Assembly (NCBI GenBank): GCA_963802945.1
Contig: CAWDKY010000039.1
Location: 1 to 57,447 of the forward strand
Direction: 5' to 3'
Length of the DNA: 57,447 nt
Source: an uncultured delta proteobacterium
Lineage (GTDB): Bacteria > Desulfobacterota > RBG-13-43-22
A program made the translations under genes and the position numbers. Shown piece by piece: positions 10,481 to 19,878 of the stretch (position 1 is the stretch's first letter; the number at the start of each line of letters is the position of its first letter). Below the pieces are notes generated by a model that had not been told where the DNA came from, ran no database searches, and saw only the letters and a list, made by a program, of their open reading frames with translations.

Positions 10481-11659
10481 ATGAGAATCGGGGTAAATTG
10501 TTTTTCGCTACTGGCCAACATAGGGGGAATGAACCAGTATTTTATAAATCTTTTTAATGAAGTCCTGGATCATGGTTCTGAGAACGAATATATTTTTTTC
10601 TACTCCGAACAAAATATCGACGAACTCAGGAAATTAAAAAATACAAGTTGGGAGAAAAATGGGGTCTTATTAAAAAGCCAAGAAGATATTTTAAACCATC
10701 TTAACCGAATGGATCTTTATTTCTGCCCTTTAGGGGCGCTGTGGCCGAGGCCTTTGCCTTTACCAACGGTTGTTACCATCCCGGACATTCAGGAAGTTTT
10801 TTATCCCCATTTTTTTACCGAACTGGAACTTTATTACAGAGCTTACCATTACCGCGGCTCGACTCAAATTGCCGACCGGGTAATCACTATATCCCGTTTC
10901 TCCAAGGAGACCATCGTCAAGCAACATCGAATTCCCACCAAAAAGGTTATCGTGGCCTACCCCTATATAGACCCAATTTTTTTTAGCGCTAAAGGACAAC
11001 GGGCTGAAAATAATAGAACGGTCCCATTTTCTGAATTCATCTTATACCCGGCCAATCAATGGCTCCATAAAAATCATGACGGACTTCTTAAGGCCATTCA
11101 ATTGCTTAAAAAAAGAAGGGTTATGATTAACGCTATATTGACCGGTCACGAAATGACACAGGGGTATCCTTTAAAAAATAAAATAAATGAATATGGGTTA
11201 TCGGAACAGGTTTTTATGGTAGGATATATTTCGAAAGAAGAACTGGCCGGCCTTTATGCCAGAGCCAGAATGATGATTTTCCCTTCTTTCTTTGAAGGAT
11301 TTGGAATCCCTCTTTTAGAAGCCATGGCCGCTGGTTGTCCGATAGCCGCTTCCCGGACCACATCTCTCCCGGAAATCGGAGGAGAGGCCGTGGAATACTT
11401 TGATCCTCATCAATCGGAAGATATAGCCCGGGCAATAGAGTATTTATGGAATAATCCGGAAAGACGGAGGGAATTGGTTCAAAAAGGATTTAACAGGATA
11501 GAACGGTTTTCCGTTTCAACTTTTATCCAAAATCATCTGAAAGCCTTTGAAGAGGCCGTCCAATCATTTTCTATTCGCCGTTATTATTGGAATCGATACT
11601 GGGCACATCCTTATCATCGTTTCTGTATTAAATGGAAATATCGTGAAATATTAAGGTGA
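10481..11659 (+). CDS. GT4 glycosyltransferase
   Basis: VVTIPDIQ, YPANQWLHKNH, FPSFFEGFGIPLLEAMAAGCP. Confidence 0.93.
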   Translation: MRIGVNCFSLLANIGGMNQYFINLFNEVLDHGSENEYIFFYSEQNIDELRKLKNTSWEKNGVLLKSQEDILNHLNRMDLYFCPLGALWPRPLPLPTVVTIPDIQEVFYPHFFTELELYYRAYHYRGSTQIADRVITISRFSKETIVKQHRIPTKKVIVAYPYIDPIFFSAKGQRAENNRTVPFSEFILYPANQWLHKNHDGLLKAIQLLKKRRVMINAILTGHEMTQGYPLKNKINEYGLSEQVFMVGYISKEELAGLYARARMMIFPSFFEGFGIPLLEAMAAGCPIAASRTTSLPEIGGEAVEYFDPHQSEDIARAIEYLWNNPERRRELVQKGFNRIERFSVSTFIQNHLKAFEEAVQSFSIRRYYWNRYWAHPYHRFCIKWKYREILR

Positions 11660-12139
11660 TAAAAATGAATAGTCACAAAGACCAACTCCTCCCGTCACCT
11701 ACGGGTCTCTTCGTTCTTAATGGCCGCCAGAGCTACCTGGTGAAAGTCAGGATTTGACTATACAAGCATCGTCAAGTGTGATGATGACTTCTTCCTGAAA
11801 TGTCGATTTTGAATTTTGACTCTTTATACTAGATTACAAACGGTAATCAATTTGCACAGTCCAGATAAAAAGCAATTTCTTATCAATGGTTCTCTCGGCG
11901 ACCCTTGCGCCTTTGGGGTGAACAGTAACTATCTTTCCAGATAACTGAATTTTTACCTTTCTTCGTCATTTGTGAAGTTAACATTTCTTTTCTTGTTGAA
12001 TCAGGTTTCCGGGCTTAATTGCCGGTTGAAATGATAGCTGAACAGATCGTCTTTTTTTGAATAAATAAGTATCCCGATTTTTTGCTATTATAATAAGCTT
12101 ATTTTATTGAATAAGCGAGATAAATAGTTAAGAGAAAAC

Positions 12140-12421
12140 TTGACCCCTTTATTAATGCCTGACCTCATTGATCTTCACCAGGAGAGTTTTTCCATGAAAA
12201 GGGAAGAGCTGGCTTCAATGAATATTGCCTCTCTACTCGACAAGAAACAACGCACCAGAGCGCAGAAAGCCATAGAAGACCTTAAGCAGACAGGCACTCA
12301 AAGACCGTTGACTGAATATAAATTAAGATTCAAAAACGGTAAAGAGATCCATATAGAAACTAAACTGGGTGTTAATAACCAAAAGATCAATCTTAGAACC
12401 TACCTAATGGCCCTCCGTTAG
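12140..12421 (+). pseudogene. Probable PAS-domain fragment
   Basis: REELASMNIASLL...EYKLRFKNGKEIHIET resembles a PAS core plus PAC; no complete architecture. Confidence 0.4.
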
Positions 12422-12833
12422 TACCTGAAATAAGCCAGTATTTTGCCTGTAAATTTTTAGTGTTGTAAATGGTTAATTTTTGTGATATAAAACTTAAGGA
12501 GTAAGCACAAGTTGCTGATTGTTCCTACATACTATACTTAGCTTTTTGTAACAGAAGTGGAAAGGTGCCCGGCAGACCACAAAAAATCCATCTTAAAACA
12601 ACTTACCGATGGGTCATTCATTTGCCGAACAAAAGGGGGGCATCAAAAAATTCCGAGACGACGCCTCCAAAGAAGATCAGGTCTTGCTGGAGCTTTTTGT
12701 CATTAGGCCAACCTTTGAATTTTTAGAAGGCTACTGGAGCTAACTATGAAACGGCGGCCACAAGAATGTTTAGAAAATGCGGCTGCTCTCTCTGAAGAAC
12801 TGGTATAACTTCTAGGGCCAGGTCAGGAAAAAA

Positions 12834-13748
12834 GTGACGAAATTACCTTTAGTCACCATTATTACTCCAACATATAATTCAGAAAAAACAATTGAAACAT
12901 CTATCTTAAGTGTTGCCAATCAAAGATACATCAACAAAGAACACCTTATAATCGATGGTCAATCCAGTGATAACACGTTGGATATTATAAAAAAATATGC
13001 TGCCAAATATCCTCATATCAAATGGAAGTCTGAAAAAGATGACGGTATTTATGAGGCAATGAATAAAGGAATTGATTGGAGTAGCGGCGAATGGGTTTAT
13101 TTTCTGGGTGATGATGATATTTTTTATGATAACGATGTGTTAGTAAACATCTTAACTCCTGAGGTTTCCAATTTGGATGTCATATATGGTAATGTTCAAT
13201 GGGGCGAAACAGACCAAATATATGATGGGCCTTTTTCACAACTAAAATTGATGGAAAAAAACATTTGTCAACAAGCCATTTTTTTCAAAAAAAATGTTTT
13301 TACTCAATTAGGAGAATTTCAAACAGAGTATGATTCGTGGGCTGACTGGGTATTCAACATGAAATGGTTTAATAGTGAAAATATCCACTGGAAATATGTT
13401 AAAAATGTTATCGCAAAGTTTAACACAACAGGGCACTCTTGCCAAAAAGCGGATAAGGCTTTTTTAAAAAACAGAACAAATTTAATCCAGACTCATTTCC
13501 CGATTCATTATTTTGAACTAATTCAAAAAATAACAACCCTTGCTGAAGGCGATGGACAGATCGTCGGTCTTAACCAGGCATTAGCCGAGTGTGAGGCTCG
13601 AGTCCATGGACTTAAAGCTGAACTAACCAGAATTACATTGTCGCGTTCCTGGAAAATGACCAAGCCTCTTCGTTTTGCCGGCCGCATCCTGCGCGGAGAC
13701 TGGGCTGCCGTTCGAGCATCTATACACTCCCGCAGAAATGCTAAATAA
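12834..13748 (+). CDS. GT2 glycosyltransferase (WcaE-like) with coiled-coil/SxSWxxTxPLR tail
   Basis: IIDGQSSDNT, SEKDDGIYEAMNKGI, FLGDDD; tail SRSWKMTKPLR. Confidence 0.9.
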   Translation: MTKLPLVTIITPTYNSEKTIETSILSVANQRYINKEHLIIDGQSSDNTLDIIKKYAAKYPHIKWKSEKDDGIYEAMNKGIDWSSGEWVYFLGDDDIFYDNDVLVNILTPEVSNLDVIYGNVQWGETDQIYDGPFSQLKLMEKNICQQAIFFKKNVFTQLGEFQTEYDSWADWVFNMKWFNSENIHWKYVKNVIAKFNTTGHSCQKADKAFLKNRTNLIQTHFPIHYFELIQKITTLAEGDGQIVGLNQALAECEARVHGLKAELTRITLSRSWKMTKPLRFAGRILRGDWAAVRASIHSRRNAK

Positions 13749-14117
13749 AATTCATTTATCACTGAATAAGAAACATGTGGGAATTTAGCAACTAAATTCA
13801 AATAGCTCATTTTTAAAAAGTTGATTTTTTAAACCATTGAGATATCCTAGCGGTGCAACTACAACTGCAAGAAATGTAGCTATTCCAAGACTAATGTCAT
13901 TCTCTCACCTCTATCTAAGGCTTTCTCGAAAATCTTCTTGCTGCGCCTCGGTCCTTTGGCCAGGCTGCTAACCTAGCCTGATTTTCTTTGTTTCTCGGAT
14001 AATATTGATGCGGCCAGGAGCGAAGATGACGGCTTACCCCGTTATTAAATTAATTTAAGGATCAGAGACCAACATGAATGTAATAGGACCTTTGGAAATA
14101 GCGGTAAAGAAATCCTT

Positions 14118-15058
14118 ATGACCAAACAGAATAACAGTTGGGCCGTTGGCGCGGTTATCGTGATCTACCTCCCTGAGCAGGAAGTGCTGGGCCGTCTGCT
14201 GCGGGCACTGGTGGGGCAAGTCGCTTATATGGCTGTGGTTGATAACGGAGCCCTGGAAAGCACACGCTCTTTCCTGCAAGGCCTGGCAGCGGAATGGCCC
14301 TCACTGGAAATTTTCCCCCAAGGGCAGAATGTGGGAGTCGCCGCTGCCCACAATATAGGAATTGCCCGGATGCGAACCAGGGGATGTACGCATGTACTTC
14401 TGCTGGATCAGGACAGCATCCCGGCTCCGGATATGGTGGAAAAACTGTTGCACGCCTGTCTGAAACTGGAATCGGAAGGCAAACGGGTGGCGGCGGTGGG
14501 ACCCGGCTACCAGGATCCTCGTACCAACCACACCTCATTTTTTGTGCGTTTCGGCTGGCTGGGATTCAAGCACATCTATTGCGATCAACTGGATAAGGCT
14601 CCTATTCCCGTCGATTTTCTGATCTCCTCCGGCTCCCTGATACCCATAGCTACCTTAGACCAAGTGGGTGGAATGGATGAGCAGTTGTTCACCGATCATG
14701 TGGATACGGAATGGTTCCTTAGGGCGGCCTCGCGGGGTTATCGTGCCTATGGCCTTGGCGAGGCGAGAATGGAGCACAGCCTGGGTAAAGGCGCCGCCAT
14801 CCGCCTTTGGCTGGGCCGGTGGCGTTATATCGCCCTTCATAGCCCCTTGCGGCATTACTATATGTTTCGCAATAGTATTCTCCTTTACCGAAGGAACTAT
14901 GCTCCTTGGAAATGGATTTTTCCGATTTGATCCGACTTACTTTAATATTCTTTTTCTTTTTGGTGGTGTCTCGGGATCGCCTTGAGCAGGGTCGTATGAT
15001 GTTAAAGGGTTTATGGGATGGGGTTAGAGAAAAAACAAATCCGTCCCGATCAGTATAA
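14118..15058 (+). CDS. Rhamnosyltransferase-like GT2 (RfbF type), frameshifted near 14920
   Basis: NVGVAAAHNIG, LLDQDS, LISSGSLI, DHVDTEW, RHYYMFRN; the expected tail (MLKGLWDG) continues in another frame to about 15058. Confidence 0.85.
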
Positions 15059-15109
15059 CCGGCTGAGTTCGGCCTATAGAGAGCTACGATCAATGAGCGA
15101 GGCACCGCT

Positions 15110-15845
15110 ATCGGTAGTCAAAGGATTTAAAGATATTGTCGAATACTCATCCTCGGCCATCCATGCTGATCCAGCCAGCCGACCAGTAAACTCCAGGCTG
15201 GTAAACTGACTGCCCTGATCGGTATTGAAGTTCCCGGTTTGGAGACTCTAGGGCCTGGTTCAGAGACTCCAGGCAAAAGATCGTATCCAGGGTCGTCGAT
15301 ATTTCCCAAGCCAAAACATCGCGACTGTGCCAGTCCATGATGGCCACGAGTTAGACAAATCCGTGAAGCATACGGAGGTAGGTAATATCCGCACACCAAA
15401 CCTGATCGGGATAATCATAATCAAATTGTTCAATGATAAGGGTACTTCTTGTGGGCCTGGTTGGATCGGCTGAGCCGTGGCTTCGGATAAATGTCTTCCA
15501 GACCCCTTTGGCGTATTAATCGCATCCGCTTATGATTCACCCTCTGTCCCAGTAACCTTAACCAGGCGGTCATCAAGTCTACTCCATAAAATGGGGTCCG
15601 GGTAAACTATTCATCAATCAGGGTCATGAGCCACAGATGGTAGCTGTCATCCGTCTTCGACTCATAATAACACGAGGATCGAGATAGCTCCAACAGATCG
15701 CACTGTTTATCAATGGGAATTTGAGTATTTCCTGGATCGATCAATTTTCGTTTCTCTTCTACTGGAGCATTTGAGACTTTTTTTGAGCCAAACCCTCTCC
15801 ACTTTGAACTGACCGATATGCCGGTAAAGCTCAGAGACCAAATAG
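15110..15845 (-). mobile_element. IS3-family transposase remnant (end of orfA plus decayed orfB)
   Basis: LYRHIGQFKVERVWLKKK end of orfA with A7G slippery site near 15777-15784; QVWCADITY, AIMDWHSRDVLAW, SMDGRG in orfB; many lesions. Confidence 0.88.
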
Positions 15846-15998
15846 GTAGGAAGACCGATTATAAAATTCTTACTTGAATTAGAGGGCCTAGCCTTATTAC
15901 GGAAAAATAGTTAATACAAGAAGTGTCCCCCTGTTTTATAGCCTAGTAAAACAGGACGTTGTTCTCTTCGTTCAGTAATTTTCCCCGCTCCTATCCCT

Positions 15999-17786
15999 TT
16001 ATTTACCAAGCAGCAACAACAGCCAGGGCATAGCCTTGCCAGAGGTTTTAGAGCCTGTAAGCGTCTGATCGGCCAACAGATTGGCTCCATTGAAAGAACC
16101 CCATCCGGTAGCATTGTCATAACCCTTTTTGGCCGAATAATACAGGTTGTTGCTTCCGTCGGCGATGTCATGAAAATCCGTTTGATAATTTGCGCCTTTC
16201 CCAATCTGGTAAATCAAAGGATTGGCAAATCCCAACGTTGCCTTCCCATTAGCAGCGCGTAGCTGATTGACGCGCGCGGTGAAAGCCGCCCAGAGGGGAG
16301 CAGCACAGCTCGTGCCGCCATAAAGCCACCAGGCGCCTTCATAATAAACATAATAGGGACTATCTGCGACGGAAGCGTTGAGCGAAACATCCGGCACGTT
16401 CCGCATGGTAGCTGAGGCCGCGGTTCCAGTTCCTTGTTGCCAAGAGGGAATTGACCATACCCAGCTGACACCACCGCCACTGGCCCCGTAAGAGTCATTC
16501 CAGGTTGTTTCATGATTGTATGACCCGTCTGAGTTGACAAAAATCGTTGTCCCTCCCGCTCCAACCATATAAGGCTGAGAGGCAGGATCATCGACGCTGA
16601 GAGTAATACTATTGTCATAGGCGCCCGAGTCGCCCGAGGCCGCATAGATGGATTGCCCTTGTGCCGCCATTTGCTGGAAGATGGTATTCTCGCTGTTGAG
16701 AACCGTCGAGGAATTATCCCCTTCATCAAGCCCCCAGCTCGTGCTCATCTGTTTGGCCAGGTTATCTGTGGCCATTCTGTTATAAATGTCCACCGTCCCC
16801 GCATCCGTGTTCGGGCCTTCATAGACCATGATCTTGCTCGCACCCTGAGCCAGCGCCATCTGAAGTTCAATGTCAAGTGTCACTTCGTCCTCACCACAGT
16901 GGCCGCAAAGACAATAAGCGTAGGGGGGAGGACCACAGGTGGGACCGCCGTCAACCAGGACGTTTTGCAGCGTTATCGTTGGCAAACCAAAATAACTCGC
17001 ATAAGCGCTCACATCAGAGGAAGTGTACGAGGCGAGTTCGAATAAGCCAAGCGTTTGGCCGAACCCCTTGGCCGATACGCCGGTGAGGTTGTAAGCTTTT
17101 AGGATGTCGCTGGGTCTCAAATAGATACCGGTGCCTGTTCCTTTCGGCTGAGGCGATCTTGGTGAAAATCCCTCGGCAGAAACACGGCGGCTATGGGTAT
17201 GCCGGACGGCTGCATTGTCCAGACCAATCAGGCCGACAATAAGGGAAGCAATGGAACCGGGAACTTGAGGGTCATCGTCAGGGGCATAAAATATTCGGTT
17301 ATCCGGCCCTTGATAATTATTAAGATGCAACCCAAAGACAGATTCAATCACGGCTGCTGTGCCCGATACGTCCAGAAGGATACGGTTTGGATGAGTCCCG
17401 GTTATCTTAAGTCCCTGGCTTGTCGCATAGGCAGCGACGGTATCATAATCGCTCTGTGTAGGTCCAAATCTGTCGGTAAACTCCTGGGAGGTTAGATAGT
17501 GGCCATAAAGCGGATCAGTAGGATTGTAGATACGTTTCAGCAGTCCGTCCAACTCTGGCTGGTTGCGCAGCGGCAAAGAAAAAGCCAGGGAAATTTCGGT
17601 TTTGGAATCCAGCCTCTCTATCCACTTGGCCTTGGCTATAGCCTTTGCCGGGACATGACCGGGTAGCCTTACCATGGAAGGAACGGGACCCGATAAACAT
17701 GGCGTTGCCACCAGACCCAGGAGGATGATAAGAGCAAGTAAAAACACGCCTATTGGGTTGGAAAAATGAAGGGATGCCATCTTCAT
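15999..17786 (-). CDS. Secreted S53 (sedolisin/kumamolisin) protease with pro-domain
   Basis: Signal peptide; activation domain (YLTSQEFTDRFGP); EVTLDIE, ASGDSG, GGTSCAAP, Ca-binding DI..GSN...GYD..TGWGS; C-terminal KAMPWLLLLLGK. Confidence 0.95.
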   Translation of the reverse strand: MKMASLHFSNPIGVFLLALIILLGLVATPCLSGPVPSMVRLPGHVPAKAIAKAKWIERLDSKTEISLAFSLPLRNQPELDGLLKRIYNPTDPLYGHYLTSQEFTDRFGPTQSDYDTVAAYATSQGLKITGTHPNRILLDVSGTAAVIESVFGLHLNNYQGPDNRIFYAPDDDPQVPGSIASLIVGLIGLDNAAVRHTHSRRVSAEGFSPRSPQPKGTGTGIYLRPSDILKAYNLTGVSAKGFGQTLGLFELASYTSSDVSAYASYFGLPTITLQNVLVDGGPTCGPPPYAYCLCGHCGEDEVTLDIELQMALAQGASKIMVYEGPNTDAGTVDIYNRMATDNLAKQMSTSWGLDEGDNSSTVLNSENTIFQQMAAQGQSIYAASGDSGAYDNSITLSVDDPASQPYMVGAGGTTIFVNSDGSYNHETTWNDSYGASGGGVSWVWSIPSWQQGTGTAASATMRNVPDVSLNASVADSPYYVYYEGAWWLYGGTSCAAPLWAAFTARVNQLRAANGKATLGFANPLIYQIGKGANYQTDFHDIADGSNNLYYSAKKGYDNATGWGSFNGANLLADQTLTGSKTSGKAMPWLLLLLGK

Positions 17787-17889
17787 ATTTGATCTCCTTA
17801 AGCACTGGGTCTTGGACCCATGTAGTTGGACAGCCTAAACATGGGAATAAGGCCATGGTCTATCCCCACTTTTTGGGTGGTCTGGGCCA

Positions 17890-18085
17890 TGGTTTCTCAC
17901 TCCCGACCTGTTGATCTGTGACGAATTCACCTTAACCACGCTCACACCTAATACAGGTCGAGGACATCTATGAAATCATTACCAACACCTTATATAAGAT
18001 TGAGGTACTTCCCGCCTGAGCCGCATACTCCCACTCCGCTTCCGCGGGTAACCGGTTCTTACTGGTTCTTTCCTTCTGATGAGGA
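17890..18085 (-). pseudogene. Remnant of an FGE-sulfatase (SUMF1/EgtB/PvdO, CLec-fold) domain
   Basis: The minus strand reads QKERTSKNRLPAEAEWEYAAQAGST (core 18004-18054), then a frameshifted AW.KVNS...QVGSEKP; not in the ORF track. Confidence 0.8.
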
Positions 18086-18243
18086 CTTCAGGAAGGAAGT
18101 CGCCATTAAACTTGACAATGCCTGTAGCGTCAAATCCTGACTTTCCCACCTTAAGTGTCATCTAAATCTCCTGCTGCTGGTATTAGCTCTTAAGGATTTC
18201 TCAACCGCCGATCTTGATTAATTAATTGATTATAAAAAATAAA

Positions 18244-18561
18244 TCAATGGTAGGATATGGTGAGACTGACGGATACCGCTAAAATCAAGACATACTTTCC
18301 TAAGGACATTGCCGTCAGGGCAGTCGCCAAAAATTGATTCGCTTGGCCACTTGGGGCAACCATATATTGACCCGTAAAACTCCCATTAGTTGCTGTTAAA
18401 CAGATAAAGGCATTGCCCGCCCATGGACCGGCTGAAACTACGGTGGCATAATAAAGATTCTCAGAAGCCTGAGTTTCGGATTTTAAGGCAAAAAAAGTGA
18501 TCACCATCAACCCTACTAACATAAGGATAATAAATCTCTTTTTTGTGATTTTCATGGTCAA
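18244..18561 (-). CDS. Small secreted hypothetical protein
   Basis: SD aaggag, signal peptide ending TQA, about 70-residue mature part with NQFLATALTAMSLGKYV helix. Confidence 0.75.
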   Translation of the reverse strand: MTMKITKKRFIILMLVGLMVITFFALKSETQASENLYYATVVSAGPWAGNAFICLTATNGSFTGQYMVAPSGQANQFLATALTAMSLGKYVLILAVSVSLTISYH

Positions 18562-18766
18562 TCTCCTTTGATTGAGGTAGTTTCGTATTCAGCCCTAGCG
18601 GGTCTTATTATTTGGGGAGCAAAATAATACCGGGACAGTAATTTTTTTATATAATAATATAATCGGAAACGAATTGTATTTCAACGGGGAGGTAAACTTG
18701 ATTGATCCTTAGCTACCCACGGGCTTAAGCCCGAAGCCCTCACTGTTGATTCTGATAGTCATCGAG

Positions 18767-18815
18767 AGGAAAGGAAGAGGTCCGATCAGCAACGGATCGC
18801 TTCCTTTCCCTTTTT
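18767..18815. terminator. Hairpin downstream of the Tyr-rich gene (terminator or mRNA-stabilising stem)
   Basis: aggaaaggaag...cttcctttccc inverted repeat; the T-run is on the + strand only. Confidence 0.55.
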
Positions 18816-18834
18816 AGATCCCTAAACAAACTTA

Positions 18835-19755
18835 TTAATAACCTTCGTAGCAATAATAAGCGTCATCAGCGTCATTATAATACCAGGCATAATACCCATA
18901 AAGTTGAGCATAATAAGAATAGGTAGTGTCAACCCAGGTATAGAGTTCATAGGAAAGGCCATAGCCGCCCCAATATGTAAACCCCGCGGCGTGTGTTATA
19001 TAATAATAGCTATAATATTCATAGCTGCCACCATAATAGTAGGCATAATAAGAATATATATAGCCATAATAGGAATATAAATAACCATAATAGCTTAGCA
19101 AAAATGTGGGATAGGCATAAGGGTCACTGACCGTTAGGTAAGTATAGTATTGGTAGATATACCAATAATAAGCATAAAGGTAACTATAATACTGGTAATA
19201 ATAGGCATAGTAACAGTAGGTGGAATACTTTGGGCTCTGAATCCCGGCCTTACTCGAGGACGGCAACAGCGAGTCCTGAAAGAGTTTATTCTGGGAAGAG
19301 GTCAGGATTTTGGCCAGCCCTGTAGTCATGGCCTGGTTCCAGTTGGCCATTTGGGTCAAATTGGCATCATCTTTTTGAAAATTATGGCTACGTCTATTGC
19401 TTTTTTCGGCACTTAGATCACTTACATCGCCCAAGGTAATCTTAGGGGCCAGAGACTGGTTGGCGTTCAACAACCCTTTGATGCTGGTTTTTTGTTGGTC
19501 CGTTAGAGAATTAGCCAATTGTTTGGCCAACTCACTCTTGGTAGTGTCGTTTAGATTCATGGCCAGGCTGGCAGCCCCCGCTGGGACTGGCGGATTGTTA
19601 AAATCAAGATCCGCCGGGAAATTTTTAATCGTTAAGGCTCCCTCTTGACGAGTGGAATTCATATCTCCGGCATAGACGACGGCCACGGATATGACGAAAA
19701 AGATTGCGAGGAGTAAAACCCCACCAAGCATTCCTTTTTTCTTCAAATTTTTCAT
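18835..19755 (-). CDS. Secreted pre-pro-protein with an extremely tyrosine-rich C-terminal domain
   Basis: SD aaggag, Sec signal peptide (VYA|G), polar domain with two LTxxQ motifs, then 130 aa with about 55 Tyr by manual count. Confidence 0.85.
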   Translation of the reverse strand: MKNLKKKGMLGGVLLLAIFFVISVAVVYAGDMNSTRQEGALTIKNFPADLDFNNPPVPAGAASLAMNLNDTTKSELAKQLANSLTDQQKTSIKGLLNANQSLAPKITLGDVSDLSAEKSNRRSHNFQKDDANLTQMANWNQAMTTGLAKILTSSQNKLFQDSLLPSSSKAGIQSPKYSTYCYYAYYYQYYSYLYAYYWYIYQYYTYLTVSDPYAYPTFLLSYYGYLYSYYGYIYSYYAYYYGGSYEYYSYYYITHAAGFTYWGGYGLSYELYTWVDTTYSYYAQLYGYYAWYYNDADDAYYCYEGY

Positions 19756-19850
19756 CGTGTTTTCTCCTTTTCTAATTTGGTTTAGTTACAAATTTATAAA
19801 CTAAGCCACAACGTCTTAAAACATTTAATGTAGACTTCCATCACCTCCTC

Positions 19851-19878
19851 TTAGTATTGACATTTTAGTATTGACATT
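19851..19878. repeat. Perfect 14-bp tandem duplication ttagtattgacatt x2
   Basis: Read directly at 19851-19864 and 19865-19878. Confidence 0.9.

Noticed and set aside
12470-12830. Possible promoter, ncRNA or gene remnant upstream of the GT2
   Set aside because: A TTGTAA/TATAAA-like pair exists, but no convincing RNA motif or protein similarity could be read
17851-17894. Long G-U-rich hairpin upstream of the S53 gene as a riboswitch
   Set aside because: It pairs well only on the + (antisense) strand and shows no recognisable aptamer motifs
17890-19227. Diversity-generating retroelement (FGE/CLec remnant plus Tyr-rich region)
   Set aside because: No reverse transcriptase and no TR/VR pair differing at adenines is visible in the window
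18838-19227. Tyr-rich region as a CRISPR array, microsatellite or artefact
   Set aside because: No constant repeat-spacer units; the periodicity is at amino-acid level with mixed codons, inside an ORF with SD and signal peptide
19796-19841. Short uORF MEVYIKCFKTLWLSL in the Tyr-gene leader
   Set aside because: The ATG overlaps the SD-like sequence, so the spacing is unsuitable; no other support
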